Notes: generated from the sequence alone by a model not told the origin. A stretch of DNA of 64,000 bases from Candidatus Latescibacterota bacterium (GCA_965207885.1 OZ242311.1:5664001-5728000); one strand, 5' to 3'. Positions 20,175 through 30,325 are shown, counted from the stretch's first letter. Made by a program: numbers and translations.

Positions 20175-21716
20175 ATGGCAGACGCTATTGAAACACTGAC
20201 GCGAAAAGACTTCGTATCCGACCAGGAAGTGCGCTGGTGCCCCGGTTGTGGTGATTACGCCATCCTCGCACAGATGCAGCGCGTGTTGCCCGAAATGGGC
20301 ATTGCGCGGGAAGACATGGTCTTTATATCGGGCATCGGTTGCTCCAGCCGCTTCCCCTATTACATGAACACGTACGGTCTGCACACCATTCACGGTCGTG
20401 CGGCAACCGTGGCGACTGGCCTCAAAGTGGCCAATCCCGACCTGCATGTGTGGGTAATCACCGGCGATGGCGACAGCCTATCCATAGGTGGCAATCACCT
20501 GTTGCATGTGCTGCGTCGCAACGTCGATCTCAACATCATACTCTTCAACAATGCGATCTACGGCCTCACCAAAGGACAATACTCACCTACATCGCCGCCG
20601 GGCACGCGCACCTATTCGTCGCCCATGGGCTCTGTGGAACAGGACTTCAATGCCATCTCCGTTGCCCTGGCAGCCGAAGCCACCTTTGTCGCCCGCAGTG
20701 TTGACCGCAACACCAAGCACATGGCCGAGATTCTCAAACGCGCCACCGAACACCGCGGCACATCCTTTGTCGAAATTTACCAGAACTGCAACATCTACAA
20801 CGACGGTGCCTGGTTTTTTGCAACTGAGGCAGATGTCAAAGACGATCAGACCGTCATTCTGGAACACGGCCAACCCATCATTTTTGGCAAAGACCGCGAC
20901 AAGGGCATCCGCGTCAATGGACTCGCACCCGAAGTCGTAACCCTGGGCAATGGCGTATCGGAAAGCGACTTGCTCACACACGACGAAACCCTGGACAATC
21001 CAGCCCAGGCATATTTGCTCAGCCGCCTCACACATCCGGAATATCCCGTACCATTCGGCGTATTTCGCTGTGTAGAACGTCCAATTTACGAAGAGCAAAT
21101 CATCGCACAGGGCCGCCAGGCGGTTGAAGAACGCGGCGCAGGCGACCTCAATGCACTGTATCACGCGGCAGACACCTGGATTGTTCCCGAAGGTCCCGAC
21201 GCCGAAACCGTGCAAGAAGTCCACGAAGAATTGTCCACATCGAATATCATTCCCGATATCGAACAAGAAGACCCCATGGCACCGCGCACCGCGCTTCAGC
21301 AACTGCTCTACGACCCCATCTCATCCCTCGACCTGCCAGCACCCGAATGCGTATCCGCTGAGACCTCGGTAGCCGATGCCGTCGAGACCATGCGCAGCAA
21401 AAATCTGGGATGTTTGCTGGTCGTTGACAAACAGGGCTTGTTGCGCGGCATATTCGCACAGGGCGATCTCTTTGAAAAAGTTGCCGGGCGCGATATAGAC
21501 CTGACAAAAATAACGGTCGATAGCCTGATGACCAAAGACCCCACCGCATTGAAAACATCTGATCCCATCGGTCACCTCCTGCACCTGATGTCTCTGCACG
21601 GCTTTCGCCACATACCCATTGTAGATCCCGATGGATGTCCCGTGGGCCTGGCATCCTTTAAAGTCATGCTCAAGTTCACCGGCGGTCTCTTCTCAGACAA
21701 CATATCGCCCAACTAA
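20175..21716 (+). CDS. korB: 2-oxoacid:ferredoxin oxidoreductase beta subunit with C-terminal CBS pair
   Basis: WCPGCGD, GIGCS and GDGD...N TPP motif; extra ~170 aa with CBS motifs (GCLLVVD..GIF, LMTKDP, FRHIPIVD). Confidence 0.9.
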   Translation: MADAIETLTRKDFVSDQEVRWCPGCGDYAILAQMQRVLPEMGIAREDMVFISGIGCSSRFPYYMNTYGLHTIHGRAATVATGLKVANPDLHVWVITGDGDSLSIGGNHLLHVLRRNVDLNIILFNNAIYGLTKGQYSPTSPPGTRTYSSPMGSVEQDFNAISVALAAEATFVARSVDRNTKHMAEILKRATEHRGTSFVEIYQNCNIYNDGAWFFATEADVKDDQTVILEHGQPIIFGKDRDKGIRVNGLAPEVVTLGNGVSESDLLTHDETLDNPAQAYLLSRLTHPEYPVPFGVFRCVERPIYEEQIIAQGRQAVEERGAGDLNALYHAADTWIVPEGPDAETVQEVHEELSTSNIIPDIEQEDPMAPRTALQQLLYDPISSLDLPAPECVSAETSVADAVETMRSKNLGCLLVVDKQGLLRGIFAQGDLFEKVAGRDIDLTKITVDSLMTKDPTALKTSDPIGHLLHLMSLHGFRHIPIVDPDGCPVGLASFKVMLKFTGGLFSDNISPN

Positions 21717-21737
21717 CGCGCGTCAACATCACAGCGC

Positions 21738-21773
21738 AAAAAGAGTCCGCAAGCACCCCGCGGACTCTTTTTT
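21738..21773 (+). terminator. Rho-independent terminator
   Basis: AAAGAGTCCGC/GCGGACTCTTT followed by T tract. Confidence 0.85.
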
Positions 21774-21774
21774 A

Positions 21775-21825
21775 TTGGAGAAAAAATGAACGATGGCATC
21801 ATCGGCTCGGGCGGTATGGCGAGTC
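21775..21825 (+). repeat. Degenerate copy of the RBS and 5' end of the gene at 22675 (second copy 22664-22723)
   Basis: TTGGAG.AAAAATGAACGA[9-bp gap]TGGCATCATCGGCTC(G/A)GGCGGTATGGCGAGTC. Confidence 0.85.
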
Positions 21826-21848
21826 ATAATAAAAGAGGAAAACATGTC

Positions 21849-22661
21849 TTGGGCACCGCTGCCGAACGCGACTATCTGTTGGGAACAAATGACGAGGAAC
21901 TGCACCGCCTGCAAGCGCAACACAATACATGGCAGGCCGAAACCACAGACTTGTGGGATCGCGCCACCTTTCGCGCTGGGCAAACGATTCTCGACCTCGG
22001 TTGTGGCCCGGGCTTTACGAGTTTAGAACTGGGCGAGCGCGTGGGCGCAGGTGGGCGCGTTCTGGCCGTGGATGGATCAAAGAAATTCGCAGATTTTCTC
22101 CGACACCGCGCTGCATCAGCCAGTATGACGCAAATCGAGGTCGTCGTAGCGGATGTCCGTACCCTTGACCTGCCAGCCGCTTCTATAGACGCTGTGTTCG
22201 CTCGTTGGCTACTCTGCTTCATAGAAGAGCCACAAAAGGTGATTGAGCAAATAGCCCGCACGCTTAAAAGAGGTGGGCACCTGCTCGTTATGGATTACTG
22301 CGCTTATGGGACATTTGTCGCCCAGATCCAATACCCCCACTTGCAGCGCGTACTGCAGGCAGTACACAGGAGCTTCGGCGATGGACTCAAAATCGGCGAT
22401 AAGCTACCGCACCTCATGGAACGTTGTGGCCTGGAGGTCGTGGAAGTCATTCCCATCGGCGGCATTGCCCGCCCAGGCAACCGCATCTGGTGCTGGATAG
22501 AAGATTTCTTGCGCATGTATTTGCCTGAACTCGTGGCACGCGGCGCATTGCGCGAAGAAGATTGCGCGGCGCATTGGGAAGAATGGCAAACAAATGCCCG
22601 CGATCCACAAGCCACTATTTCATCGCCATCAATGGTCGGCGTAATTGGCGTCAAGATCTAA
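21849..22661 (+). CDS. Class I SAM-dependent methyltransferase
   Basis: ILDLGCGPG motif I; YLLG..EELHRL N-terminus; start likely TTG 21849 after AGAGGA (alternative ATG 21786). Confidence 0.85.
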   Translation: MGTAAERDYLLGTNDEELHRLQAQHNTWQAETTDLWDRATFRAGQTILDLGCGPGFTSLELGERVGAGGRVLAVDGSKKFADFLRHRAASASMTQIEVVVADVRTLDLPAASIDAVFARWLLCFIEEPQKVIEQIARTLKRGGHLLVMDYCAYGTFVAQIQYPHLQRVLQAVHRSFGDGLKIGDKLPHLMERCGLEVVEVIPIGGIARPGNRIWCWIEDFLRMYLPELVARGALREEDCAAHWEEWQTNARDPQATISSPSMVGVIGVKI

Positions 22662-22674
22662 GTTTGGAGGAAAA

Positions 22675-23649
22675 ATGAACGACATTCGCATTGGCATCAT
22701 CGGCTCAGGCGGTATGGCGAGTCGCCATGCCCAGCACTTTTCCCGAACAGATGGCTTTGAACTCATTGCCATTGCTGCGCGAAACATAGAAACCGGGCCA
22801 GCACTCGCCAACAAGCACGCTGTAGATTACCTGCCAACCTATCGGAAAATACTCAAACGCGACGACATCGACGCCATCGCAATATGCACCTACAACGACA
22901 CCCACAGTGAAATCGCCCTTGCCGCGCTCGATGCAAACAAACACGTTTTTACCGAATATCCCGCGGCGCGCAATATCGATGAAGCGCAACAATTGCTTTC
23001 CAGAATCGACCAGTCGTCCCACGTCCTCCGCGTTGGACACAACGAAGTACTCTCGCCATCTCACCGGGCACTCAAGCGACAAACAGCCCAAACGGGAAAT
23101 CTCATAACCGCACTATTCACCCGCCTCACCCCGGGCCGAGGTCAACGCCCTGAAATCCTCTTTAATATTTCCATATCGGGTCCACCCGCCCTCTTTTTTG
23201 TCTATAACATCTATCCACTCGTCGATTGTTTTGGTCCCGCCACCTGGGTTGAAGCCGCAGCCCACTACGAAAATCTGCGCGATGACAGCACCTACGATAG
23301 CTTTGCAAATTCTGTCACAGTCGGTTTTGAAAACGGCGGTATTGGGCAATGGAACTGGGCTGGTGGCATCGAAATTTCCGATGCCGAAGAATATCGCCAT
23401 ATTGTCATGACAGACGGGACACTCATCAACAGAGGCGATGGCTGGCACCTCTCGACAAAATCAAGCGAACACGACCTGCCCGCAGCCGAACCATCGGACG
23501 TCACAATCCAAACCCAATTCCTCAAAGACATCCACAATGGCAACTGGCAAACCGACGCCCGCACAGCCCTCAACGCCGCGCTGATCGGCCTCGTAGCCGA
23601 ACGATCAATAGAAGAAAACCGCCGCGTGACCCTCTCAGAACCGACCTAA
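22675..23649 (+). CDS. Gfo/Idh/MocA family oxidoreductase
   Basis: IGIIGSGGMA, HVFTEYP; GGAGG RBS. Confidence 0.85.
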   Translation: MNDIRIGIIGSGGMASRHAQHFSRTDGFELIAIAARNIETGPALANKHAVDYLPTYRKILKRDDIDAIAICTYNDTHSEIALAALDANKHVFTEYPAARNIDEAQQLLSRIDQSSHVLRVGHNEVLSPSHRALKRQTAQTGNLITALFTRLTPGRGQRPEILFNISISGPPALFFVYNIYPLVDCFGPATWVEAAAHYENLRDDSTYDSFANSVTVGFENGGIGQWNWAGGIEISDAEEYRHIVMTDGTLINRGDGWHLSTKSSEHDLPAAEPSDVTIQTQFLKDIHNGNWQTDARTALNAALIGLVAERSIEENRRVTLSEPT

Positions 23650-23745
23650 ACGCTACACCTTCGGAACCTGCATCCCACAAGGACGTTTAATCCTACGAAA
23701 AAGTCATTAGAAAATTTCTACACTAAACCAGAGAAAGGCACGCTA

Positions 23746-25443
23746 ATGAGATCGTTTTCCAGGATTTTATGCCTCGTCTGCATCGTGTTTACTGCTACCA
23801 GCATTCGGGCCGAGACTGCATTACTACAGGCCATGCAGGAAGAATTGACCCGCTCCTTCAGTTCGCTCCAGAAGCAGCCGGTCCCACCCTACTACCTCAG
23901 CTATGAAATCACCGAGACGGAGGGGGTCCGCGTCGAAGCCTCCTTCGGCGTGCTGACCTACAGCAACGAATCGCGCCGCAGGCAACTCGACATTGATCTG
24001 CGCGTGGGAGACTACGCCTTCGACAATACGCATCAGGTCCGCGGTGGCCTCCGCAATTGGTCCGATCGCTATTCGAGAATCAGAATTCCCATTGAGGATG
24101 ATCCAGACGCCATCCGCAGTGTGCTCTGGTACCACACCGACAAAAAGTACAAACGCGCCATTGAACAACTGACCACGGTCAAAACCAATGTCCGGGTCAA
24201 GGTAGAAGAGGAAGACCAGTCGGACGATTTCTCCAAAGAGCCAGTTGAGCACTACATAGAAGACATCGCCTCCTTCGACATCTCCCGCGACGAATGGGGG
24301 GCCAGACTCAAGAAATACACGGCCCCCTTCGCCCAATACGGAGATATCTATGAAGCCGAAGCCAGCCTCTCGGCCAGTATCTCGACTCGCCAATACGTCA
24401 ACAGCGAAGGCAGCAAGATCCAGACCTCACAGGTACTCTACCGCCTGTTCATCTACGCCTTTACCAAGGCCGACGACGGCATGGAATTGCCGCGCTACGA
24501 ATCCTTCTCGGCCTTTACCCCGGAGGGTTTGCCCAGCGACGATGAGGTCCTCGCTCTGGTAGAGCGCATAATTGCCGACTTGCACGCCCTGCGCGACGCC
24601 CCTATAGTAGCCCCCTACACCGGTCCAGCGATTCTCTCGGGCCGCGCCAGCGGCGTCCTCTTCCACGAAATTTTCGGGCATCGCATCGAAGGTCACCGAC
24701 AGAAGCGCGAGGACGAGGGGCAGACTTTTAAAAAGAAAATAGGGGAAAAAGTCCTGCCTGAGACCTTCTCAGTTTACTTCGATCCCACCCAGACGAGCAG
24801 CGCTGACAAGGATCTGGTGGGGGCCTACGCATACGACAATCAGGGCGTCAGGGCGCAGCGGGTGGCCGTCGTCGAAAACGGGATTTTCCACCGCTTCCTC
24901 ATGTCGCGTTCCCCGATCGAGAACTTCCCCAACTCCAACGGCCACGGACGCAAGCAGCCGGGCTATGCCCCCGTGGCGCGCCAGTCCAACCTCATCGTCG
25001 AGACCTCGGACCCGCTGACCCGGGACCAACTCAAAAAAATGCTCATCGAACAGTGCCGCATGGAGGGCAAGGAGTTTGGTCTCTACTTCGAAGACATCCA
25101 GGGGGGCTTCACCATCACGGGCCGCACCTTCCCCAACGCCTTCAACGTGCTTCCCATCATGGTGTACCGCATTTACACCGACGGGCGTGAAGAACTCGTG
25201 CGCGGAGTTGACCTGATCGGCACGCCGCTCACTGCCTTCAGCCAGATCGCCGCTGCCGACGATCAGATCGGCGTGTTCAACGGTATATGCGGCGCCGAGT
25301 CGGGAGGCGTACCCGTAGCTGCGGTCTCTCCCGGCATATTCATCTCGCAGATTGAAGTACAGAAAAAAGAAAAATCCCAGGAGCGCCGTCCCGTCCTCGA
25401 AGCACCTTTCTCCGAGTCCGCTGAAGAATCAGACCTCCCTTAA
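23746..25443 (+). CDS. TldD/PmbA family metalloprotease (catalytic TldD-like), signal peptide
   Basis: HEIFGH zinc motif, YDNQGV, SNGHGR, C-terminal CGAESG. Confidence 0.85.
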   Translation: MRSFSRILCLVCIVFTATSIRAETALLQAMQEELTRSFSSLQKQPVPPYYLSYEITETEGVRVEASFGVLTYSNESRRRQLDIDLRVGDYAFDNTHQVRGGLRNWSDRYSRIRIPIEDDPDAIRSVLWYHTDKKYKRAIEQLTTVKTNVRVKVEEEDQSDDFSKEPVEHYIEDIASFDISRDEWGARLKKYTAPFAQYGDIYEAEASLSASISTRQYVNSEGSKIQTSQVLYRLFIYAFTKADDGMELPRYESFSAFTPEGLPSDDEVLALVERIIADLHALRDAPIVAPYTGPAILSGRASGVLFHEIFGHRIEGHRQKREDEGQTFKKKIGEKVLPETFSVYFDPTQTSSADKDLVGAYAYDNQGVRAQRVAVVENGIFHRFLMSRSPIENFPNSNGHGRKQPGYAPVARQSNLIVETSDPLTRDQLKKMLIEQCRMEGKEFGLYFEDIQGGFTITGRTFPNAFNVLPIMVYRIYTDGREELVRGVDLIGTPLTAFSQIAAADDQIGVFNGICGAESGGVPVAAVSPGIFISQIEVQKKEKSQERRPVLEAPFSESAEESDLP

Positions 25444-25470
25444 GCCTTTCCATCTGGCAGGAGCCATCCC

Positions 25471-27231
25471 ATGTACAAAAGAACCTTCATCCACGTTATA
25501 ACTATCTTCCTGGTGTTTTCCGCGGTCCACGCCAAAGACGACATTCTGCAACGCGCCCTGCGCGACGAACTGGCGCGCTCGATACAGCAACTCCAGCTAG
25601 AAGACCTGGAGCGCCCCTACTTTATTTCCTATCGCGTGCGCGAAGTGAAATCTAAAAGCAGTTCAGCGACCTTCGGCAGTCTGCTCAGCAGCGGCGAGGG
25701 ACACTCGCGCGAACTCAGTGTTGAAGTGCGGGTCGGAGACTATGCCCTCGACAACACCAACTTCCGCTCGTTCTCCTTCGGCCGTACGGGAGTAGTGTAC
25801 ATGTACGGGGGCAGTGTGCAATTGCCCCTTGAGGACAACTACAACGAGTTGCGGCGACAAATCTGGCTGGCCACTGACGCTGCCTACAAGAAGGCGCTCG
25901 AAGACCTGGCCAGGAAGCGCGCCACCTTGCAAAACAAAACCCGCACCGAAGAAATTCCCGATTTCAGCAGGGAAGAGCCAGCCATCAAAGTACACAAAAT
26001 GGCACCCGCCATTCTTGATCTCGACGCGATGGAACAGCGAGCGCGCCAGCTCTCGGACCTGTTCCGCGAGATGTCTGACATCTACACTTCAAGGGTCCGT
26101 TTCAACGGGTCCAACACCTCGATCTACTACCTCAACAGCGAAGGATCTTCCTTTTCTCGCACGAGTTCGTCACTATCTTTCACCGCGGTCGCCGCCACCC
26201 AGGCTCCAGACGGAATGCCGCTACAGGACTTCGTCGCTGTGTACGCCCGTTCACCGGAAAATCTTCCCGGTGACGACGAGTTGGCCGCGAAGATCAATAC
26301 CATGGGCGAGCGTCTGAAGCAGCTACGCCAGGCACCGCGGGTCGAGCGCTTTACCGGACCCGTGATATTCACGAGCCAGGCGACCACAGAGTTGTTCAAC
26401 CAGGGATTTGTGCCCTACATGCTATCGACGCGCCGGACACTGTCCGACAATCCGGATTACGAGAGTTTCTACCCCCAGAAAAAGGAAAATCCTTTCCTGG
26501 ACAAGATTGGCGTACGCGTCCTGCCCGAATTCCTCAGCGTGCGCGCTGAACCGCTCATGGACGCCTATAAAAAGCAACCCTTGTTCGGCGGCTACAGAGT
26601 TGACGACGAAGGCGTGCCAGCGCGTCCAGTCCACCTGGTGCGGGAAGGCGTATTGGAGACCTTGCTGACGACGCGCACACCTGTGCGCGGCATTGACCAG
26701 AGCACGGGCAGTCGCCGAGGTCCGGGCGTCGCCCCCAGCAATATCCTGGTCGAGGCGGAGAAGGGCTTGAGCGAAAAGCAGATCCGTGAGGAATTTTTCA
26801 AACTAATCAAAAGGCAAAAAAAACAGTACGGCTACATCGTCACCCACATCGCCAACCCTTCGTACAATGTTTCTGAATCTCCGGTTATCTACTATTCCTC
26901 TCGTTCCTCTGACGACGAGAACAAGTTGAAAAACGCGATCTTCGTCTATAAAGTCTATCTCGACGGCCGCGAGGAACTCGTGCGCAACGCGGAATTTTCG
27001 GGCATCGGCCTCTATACCTTCAAGGACATTGTGAAGGTGTCTAAGACACACGCGGTCAACACCGTTCCCTTTCGCTCGCAGGACAACTCCTCTCCCTTCG
27101 GACGGGGTGAGTCAGTCCTCGTAAGCATCGTCACTCCTCGCATGGTCCTGTTCGAGGACATCACGATCAAGCCGCCGAGCGGCGAGATTCCCAGAGCACC
27201 CGTGTCCCTACATCCCTTCTTCGACAAGTGA
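25471..27231 (+). CDS. TldD/PmbA-related protein (non-catalytic partner), signal peptide
   Basis: Paralogous to the upstream gene (ALRDELARS, PYFISY, RVGDY, DDEGV, GREELVR) but lacks HExxxH. Confidence 0.8.
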   Translation: MYKRTFIHVITIFLVFSAVHAKDDILQRALRDELARSIQQLQLEDLERPYFISYRVREVKSKSSSATFGSLLSSGEGHSRELSVEVRVGDYALDNTNFRSFSFGRTGVVYMYGGSVQLPLEDNYNELRRQIWLATDAAYKKALEDLARKRATLQNKTRTEEIPDFSREEPAIKVHKMAPAILDLDAMEQRARQLSDLFREMSDIYTSRVRFNGSNTSIYYLNSEGSSFSRTSSSLSFTAVAATQAPDGMPLQDFVAVYARSPENLPGDDELAAKINTMGERLKQLRQAPRVERFTGPVIFTSQATTELFNQGFVPYMLSTRRTLSDNPDYESFYPQKKENPFLDKIGVRVLPEFLSVRAEPLMDAYKKQPLFGGYRVDDEGVPARPVHLVREGVLETLLTTRTPVRGIDQSTGSRRGPGVAPSNILVEAEKGLSEKQIREEFFKLIKRQKKQYGYIVTHIANPSYNVSESPVIYYSSRSSDDENKLKNAIFVYKVYLDGREELVRNAEFSGIGLYTFKDIVKVSKTHAVNTVPFRSQDNSSPFGRGESVLVSIVTPRMVLFEDITIKPPSGEIPRAPVSLHPFFDK

Positions 27232-27336
27232 GGGTCGTGCCGCTGAGAATAAGCACAGAATATGCGTGACAGTTTGTGTTGCTTCGTGTATCATGAGGGT
27301 CAAAGCGTCCTCTCTCACAACTTTCAGCAAAAAATC

Positions 27337-28206
27337 ATGACCCAAACCATCTCTATAGGCGACCTGGACTTCCAGTCCAAAGACATCGACCTACAACAAG
27401 CAGCCGAGACATTCAAAACCCATGGTGCGATAGTCGTGCGGGGATTGCTCCGAGAATACATCGACGCGCTTCACCGCGACATCGAAGCCACAGCAAGGCA
27501 ATCCCTCGCCCTGCTCGATCAAGCCAGCGCAATACCCGAAGGATGGCGCACGCCCAACAACACCCTCTTTATACCCGCGCCTGAAAATTACGAACGCGAC
27601 CGACAAATTATGGTCCTGGGCATCAACTACCACACCAGCGCCACCTTCTTTCGCTCGGCATTTCACCCGCCCACCCTCGACATAGTCGAAGCCATACTCG
27701 GCCCCAACATCGAACTCTACGGCAACGGCCAATGCCTGTACAAAGAACCCGTCGGAGGCCACCCCAAACACCTGCACCAGGACTCGGCGTATTTTGAACA
27801 CCGGTACGAAGGACCCGTTGGCATCCTCACCTACGTCGTCCCCACCGACCTCAAAAACGGCGCCCTCCACGTCGTCCCCGGCTCTCACAAACTGGGACAA
27901 CTCGACCACATCGACACCTTCTCGCACCTGGGACTCGCAGACCGCGAATGGCCCTGGGAGCGCGCCCTCCCAATACCCGGTCAACCCGGCGACGCCATCT
28001 TCTTCCACGTCAAAACCGTTCACGGCTCCAAACAGAACCACTCGGACAAACCCCGCCCCGTCTTCATACACCGCTATCGCAGAGCCGATGACTACGTCGT
28101 CATACGCGGCACCACCACAAAAAACCGCGCAGAATCGGCAAAACGCGCGGCAGAGGCAAAAAAAGAAAATGGATTCATGGTGCGCGGTTTCCGCCCATAT
28201 AATTAA
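27337..28206 (+). CDS. Phytanoyl-CoA dioxygenase family (Fe/2-OG)
   Basis: HQD...NGALHVVPGSH...HGS...N.S..R. Confidence 0.88.
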   Translation: MTQTISIGDLDFQSKDIDLQQAAETFKTHGAIVVRGLLREYIDALHRDIEATARQSLALLDQASAIPEGWRTPNNTLFIPAPENYERDRQIMVLGINYHTSATFFRSAFHPPTLDIVEAILGPNIELYGNGQCLYKEPVGGHPKHLHQDSAYFEHRYEGPVGILTYVVPTDLKNGALHVVPGSHKLGQLDHIDTFSHLGLADREWPWERALPIPGQPGDAIFFHVKTVHGSKQNHSDKPRPVFIHRYRRADDYVVIRGTTTKNRAESAKRAAEAKKENGFMVRGFRPYN

Positions 28207-28346
28207 CTAATGTTACGCAGTCGTACAAAAATTGGTTGTATGTACAAAAAAATGTATGCTCAAACTAATTTAGAAGTCAAAATAATAGCTGAGTACCAGG
28301 GTTCTGCCAGATAAATCCCGCTGAACCAAATGTACCAGAAACATAC

Positions 28347-30308
28347 ATGATGAGATTTGCTGAAGAAATACTACTACTCCTCCACGACGAAGACCGGGGC
28401 GATTTCGCACCCGGTCTTGCACAGCACTCGTTGAATATCGCTCTCGCCGGTGCCGTGTTGATGGATTTGGCCCTGGAAAACCGCATCGATACCGATATCG
28501 AGCATCTCTTTTTAGTTGATGCCACGCCTCTCGAAGACGACCTGCTCGACCCCACCCTTGCCGACATCGCGCGGGATACGGACACACGAGACGCCAGCTA
28601 TTGGGTCGCACAAACGGTCAAACGGGGCGACGAAATCCGTGACAAGGCACTTGCACGGTTAGTCAACCGGGGCATATTGGAAGCCGAGTCCGAAGATATC
28701 TTCCTCCTTTCGCACCTGGTATCGCGCTCCCGCCGCTATCCAACCATTGATGGAAAAACATTAGAAGAAGTCCGGTTGCGCATTATGCGCGTACTGTTCA
28801 CCGATGAAATTCCGGACCCGCGCGACATTGTTATTATCTGTCTGGCAGATGCCTGCGGCGTTTTCAAGAATATTCTGTCCCAGTCGGAACTATCGGAGGT
28901 ACAAGAACGGATCGAACTGATTCGAAAAATGGACCTGATCGGGCAATCGGTCACCAGAGAGATCCGTGAGCATGAGCCTCCTATCCCTGCCCCACGCAAA
29001 GAAATACCCCAAGCACCGGGGTTGCCGCTTATTGGCAACACCATCGGCATGACGCGCGATTTGCGCTCGCTTCTCGTCAAACAATACCGAAACTTAGGTC
29101 CGATTTTTCGCATCAAGGCATTCAATCGCCGCTTCATCGCCCTCGTAGGTCCCGAGGCGAATACCTTCGTAAAGCGAGGGAGTAAGTACTTTCGCACGCT
29201 TGAAAACTGGGTGGATTACAACAAAGCTGGGGGAGTCGGACGCAACATAATCAGCATGGATGGCCCCGAACATATTCGCCTGCGCAAAGAACTGGCGGAT
29301 GTGTACACCCACCGCCTCATTGAAGGCCGCGTGGCAGACGTTGTCCGCGTTCTTCAACAAGACATCGCCGGATGGCCCCAGGACAAGCCGCTGCCGGGCT
29401 TATACACCTGGCAGCGCATCGTCTTAGATCAGATCGGTGTGCTGGCCCTCAGCATGCCTGTACACGACTACTTAGACGACATTATGGTTTATTTTCACAG
29501 CAAGATGAAAACGTATATCATGCGGCAGCAACCCAGGCTGATGCTATATCGACCACGCGTCCGGCGTGCCTTCAAGCGGATGGAAGAACTGACTCAGCGC
29601 ATTCTGGCAGATCACGAACCAGAAAAACGCCGCAACAAGCCACTGGATGCTATTGACCTTTTGCTGGAACTGCACCGCAGGGATCCGCAATTTCTTCCCG
29701 AGACCGATTTAGACATGCTGGGTCCTCTCACGGCCGGTCTCGATACCGTGGCAAATACCTGTGCCTTCATGTTATATGAACTGTTGAAGCGACCCGATCT
29801 GCGCGAGCAGGTAATTGCTGAAGCAGACGCCCTCTTTGACCAGGGTATGCCTGAGGTGAGCGATCTGCGTCAACTCGACGTCCTGCACCGCACGGCACTG
29901 GAAACCTTGCGCCTCTATCCCCTTGCACCGGTAATGTCATTGCGCACGGTAGCCAACTCATTTGAATTTGAGGGCTATAAGGTCCCTGCTGGCGAGACCC
30001 TTCTTATTGGATTCACAGTACCGCACCTGATGTCAGAATATTTCCCCAATCCGGAGCACTTCGATATCGACCGCTACACCGCAGAACGCGCTGAGCACCG
30101 ACAGCACGGGGTCTATGCGCCCTTCGGCTTAGGAGCGCATCGGTGCCTGGGTAGCAATCTCGCCGAAGCGCTCATTGCGCTCAACATAGCGGCCATCCTC
30201 CACGAGACCGAATTGGTTCTCGATCCGCCCAATTGCGAATTAAAGACCAAACAGACCTATTCCCTTCTACCCTACTTCAAGTTCCGCCTGGTGCGTCGGC
30301 ACCGATAG
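28347..30308 (+). CDS. GOLPH3/Vps74 (GPP34)-domain::cytochrome P450 fusion
   Basis: N-terminal ~210 aa GPP34-like (AEEILLLLHD...LAGAVLMDLALENRI...L...GIL...RYP); P450 motifs AGLDT, ETLR, F.IDRY, FGLGAHRCLG. Confidence 0.85.
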   Translation: MMRFAEEILLLLHDEDRGDFAPGLAQHSLNIALAGAVLMDLALENRIDTDIEHLFLVDATPLEDDLLDPTLADIARDTDTRDASYWVAQTVKRGDEIRDKALARLVNRGILEAESEDIFLLSHLVSRSRRYPTIDGKTLEEVRLRIMRVLFTDEIPDPRDIVIICLADACGVFKNILSQSELSEVQERIELIRKMDLIGQSVTREIREHEPPIPAPRKEIPQAPGLPLIGNTIGMTRDLRSLLVKQYRNLGPIFRIKAFNRRFIALVGPEANTFVKRGSKYFRTLENWVDYNKAGGVGRNIISMDGPEHIRLRKELADVYTHRLIEGRVADVVRVLQQDIAGWPQDKPLPGLYTWQRIVLDQIGVLALSMPVHDYLDDIMVYFHSKMKTYIMRQQPRLMLYRPRVRRAFKRMEELTQRILADHEPEKRRNKPLDAIDLLLELHRRDPQFLPETDLDMLGPLTAGLDTVANTCAFMLYELLKRPDLREQVIAEADALFDQGMPEVSDLRQLDVLHRTALETLRLYPLAPVMSLRTVANSFEFEGYKVPAGETLLIGFTVPHLMSEYFPNPEHFDIDRYTAERAEHRQHGVYAPFGLGAHRCLGSNLAEALIALNIAAILHETELVLDPPNCELKTKQTYSLLPYFKFRLVRRHR

Positions 30309-30325
30309 CAAAATGGAGCGTCAAA

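Noticed and set aside
23650-27340. RiPP cluster around the TldD/E pair
   Set aside because: No precursor peptide, YcaO, radical SAM enzyme or transporter adjacent
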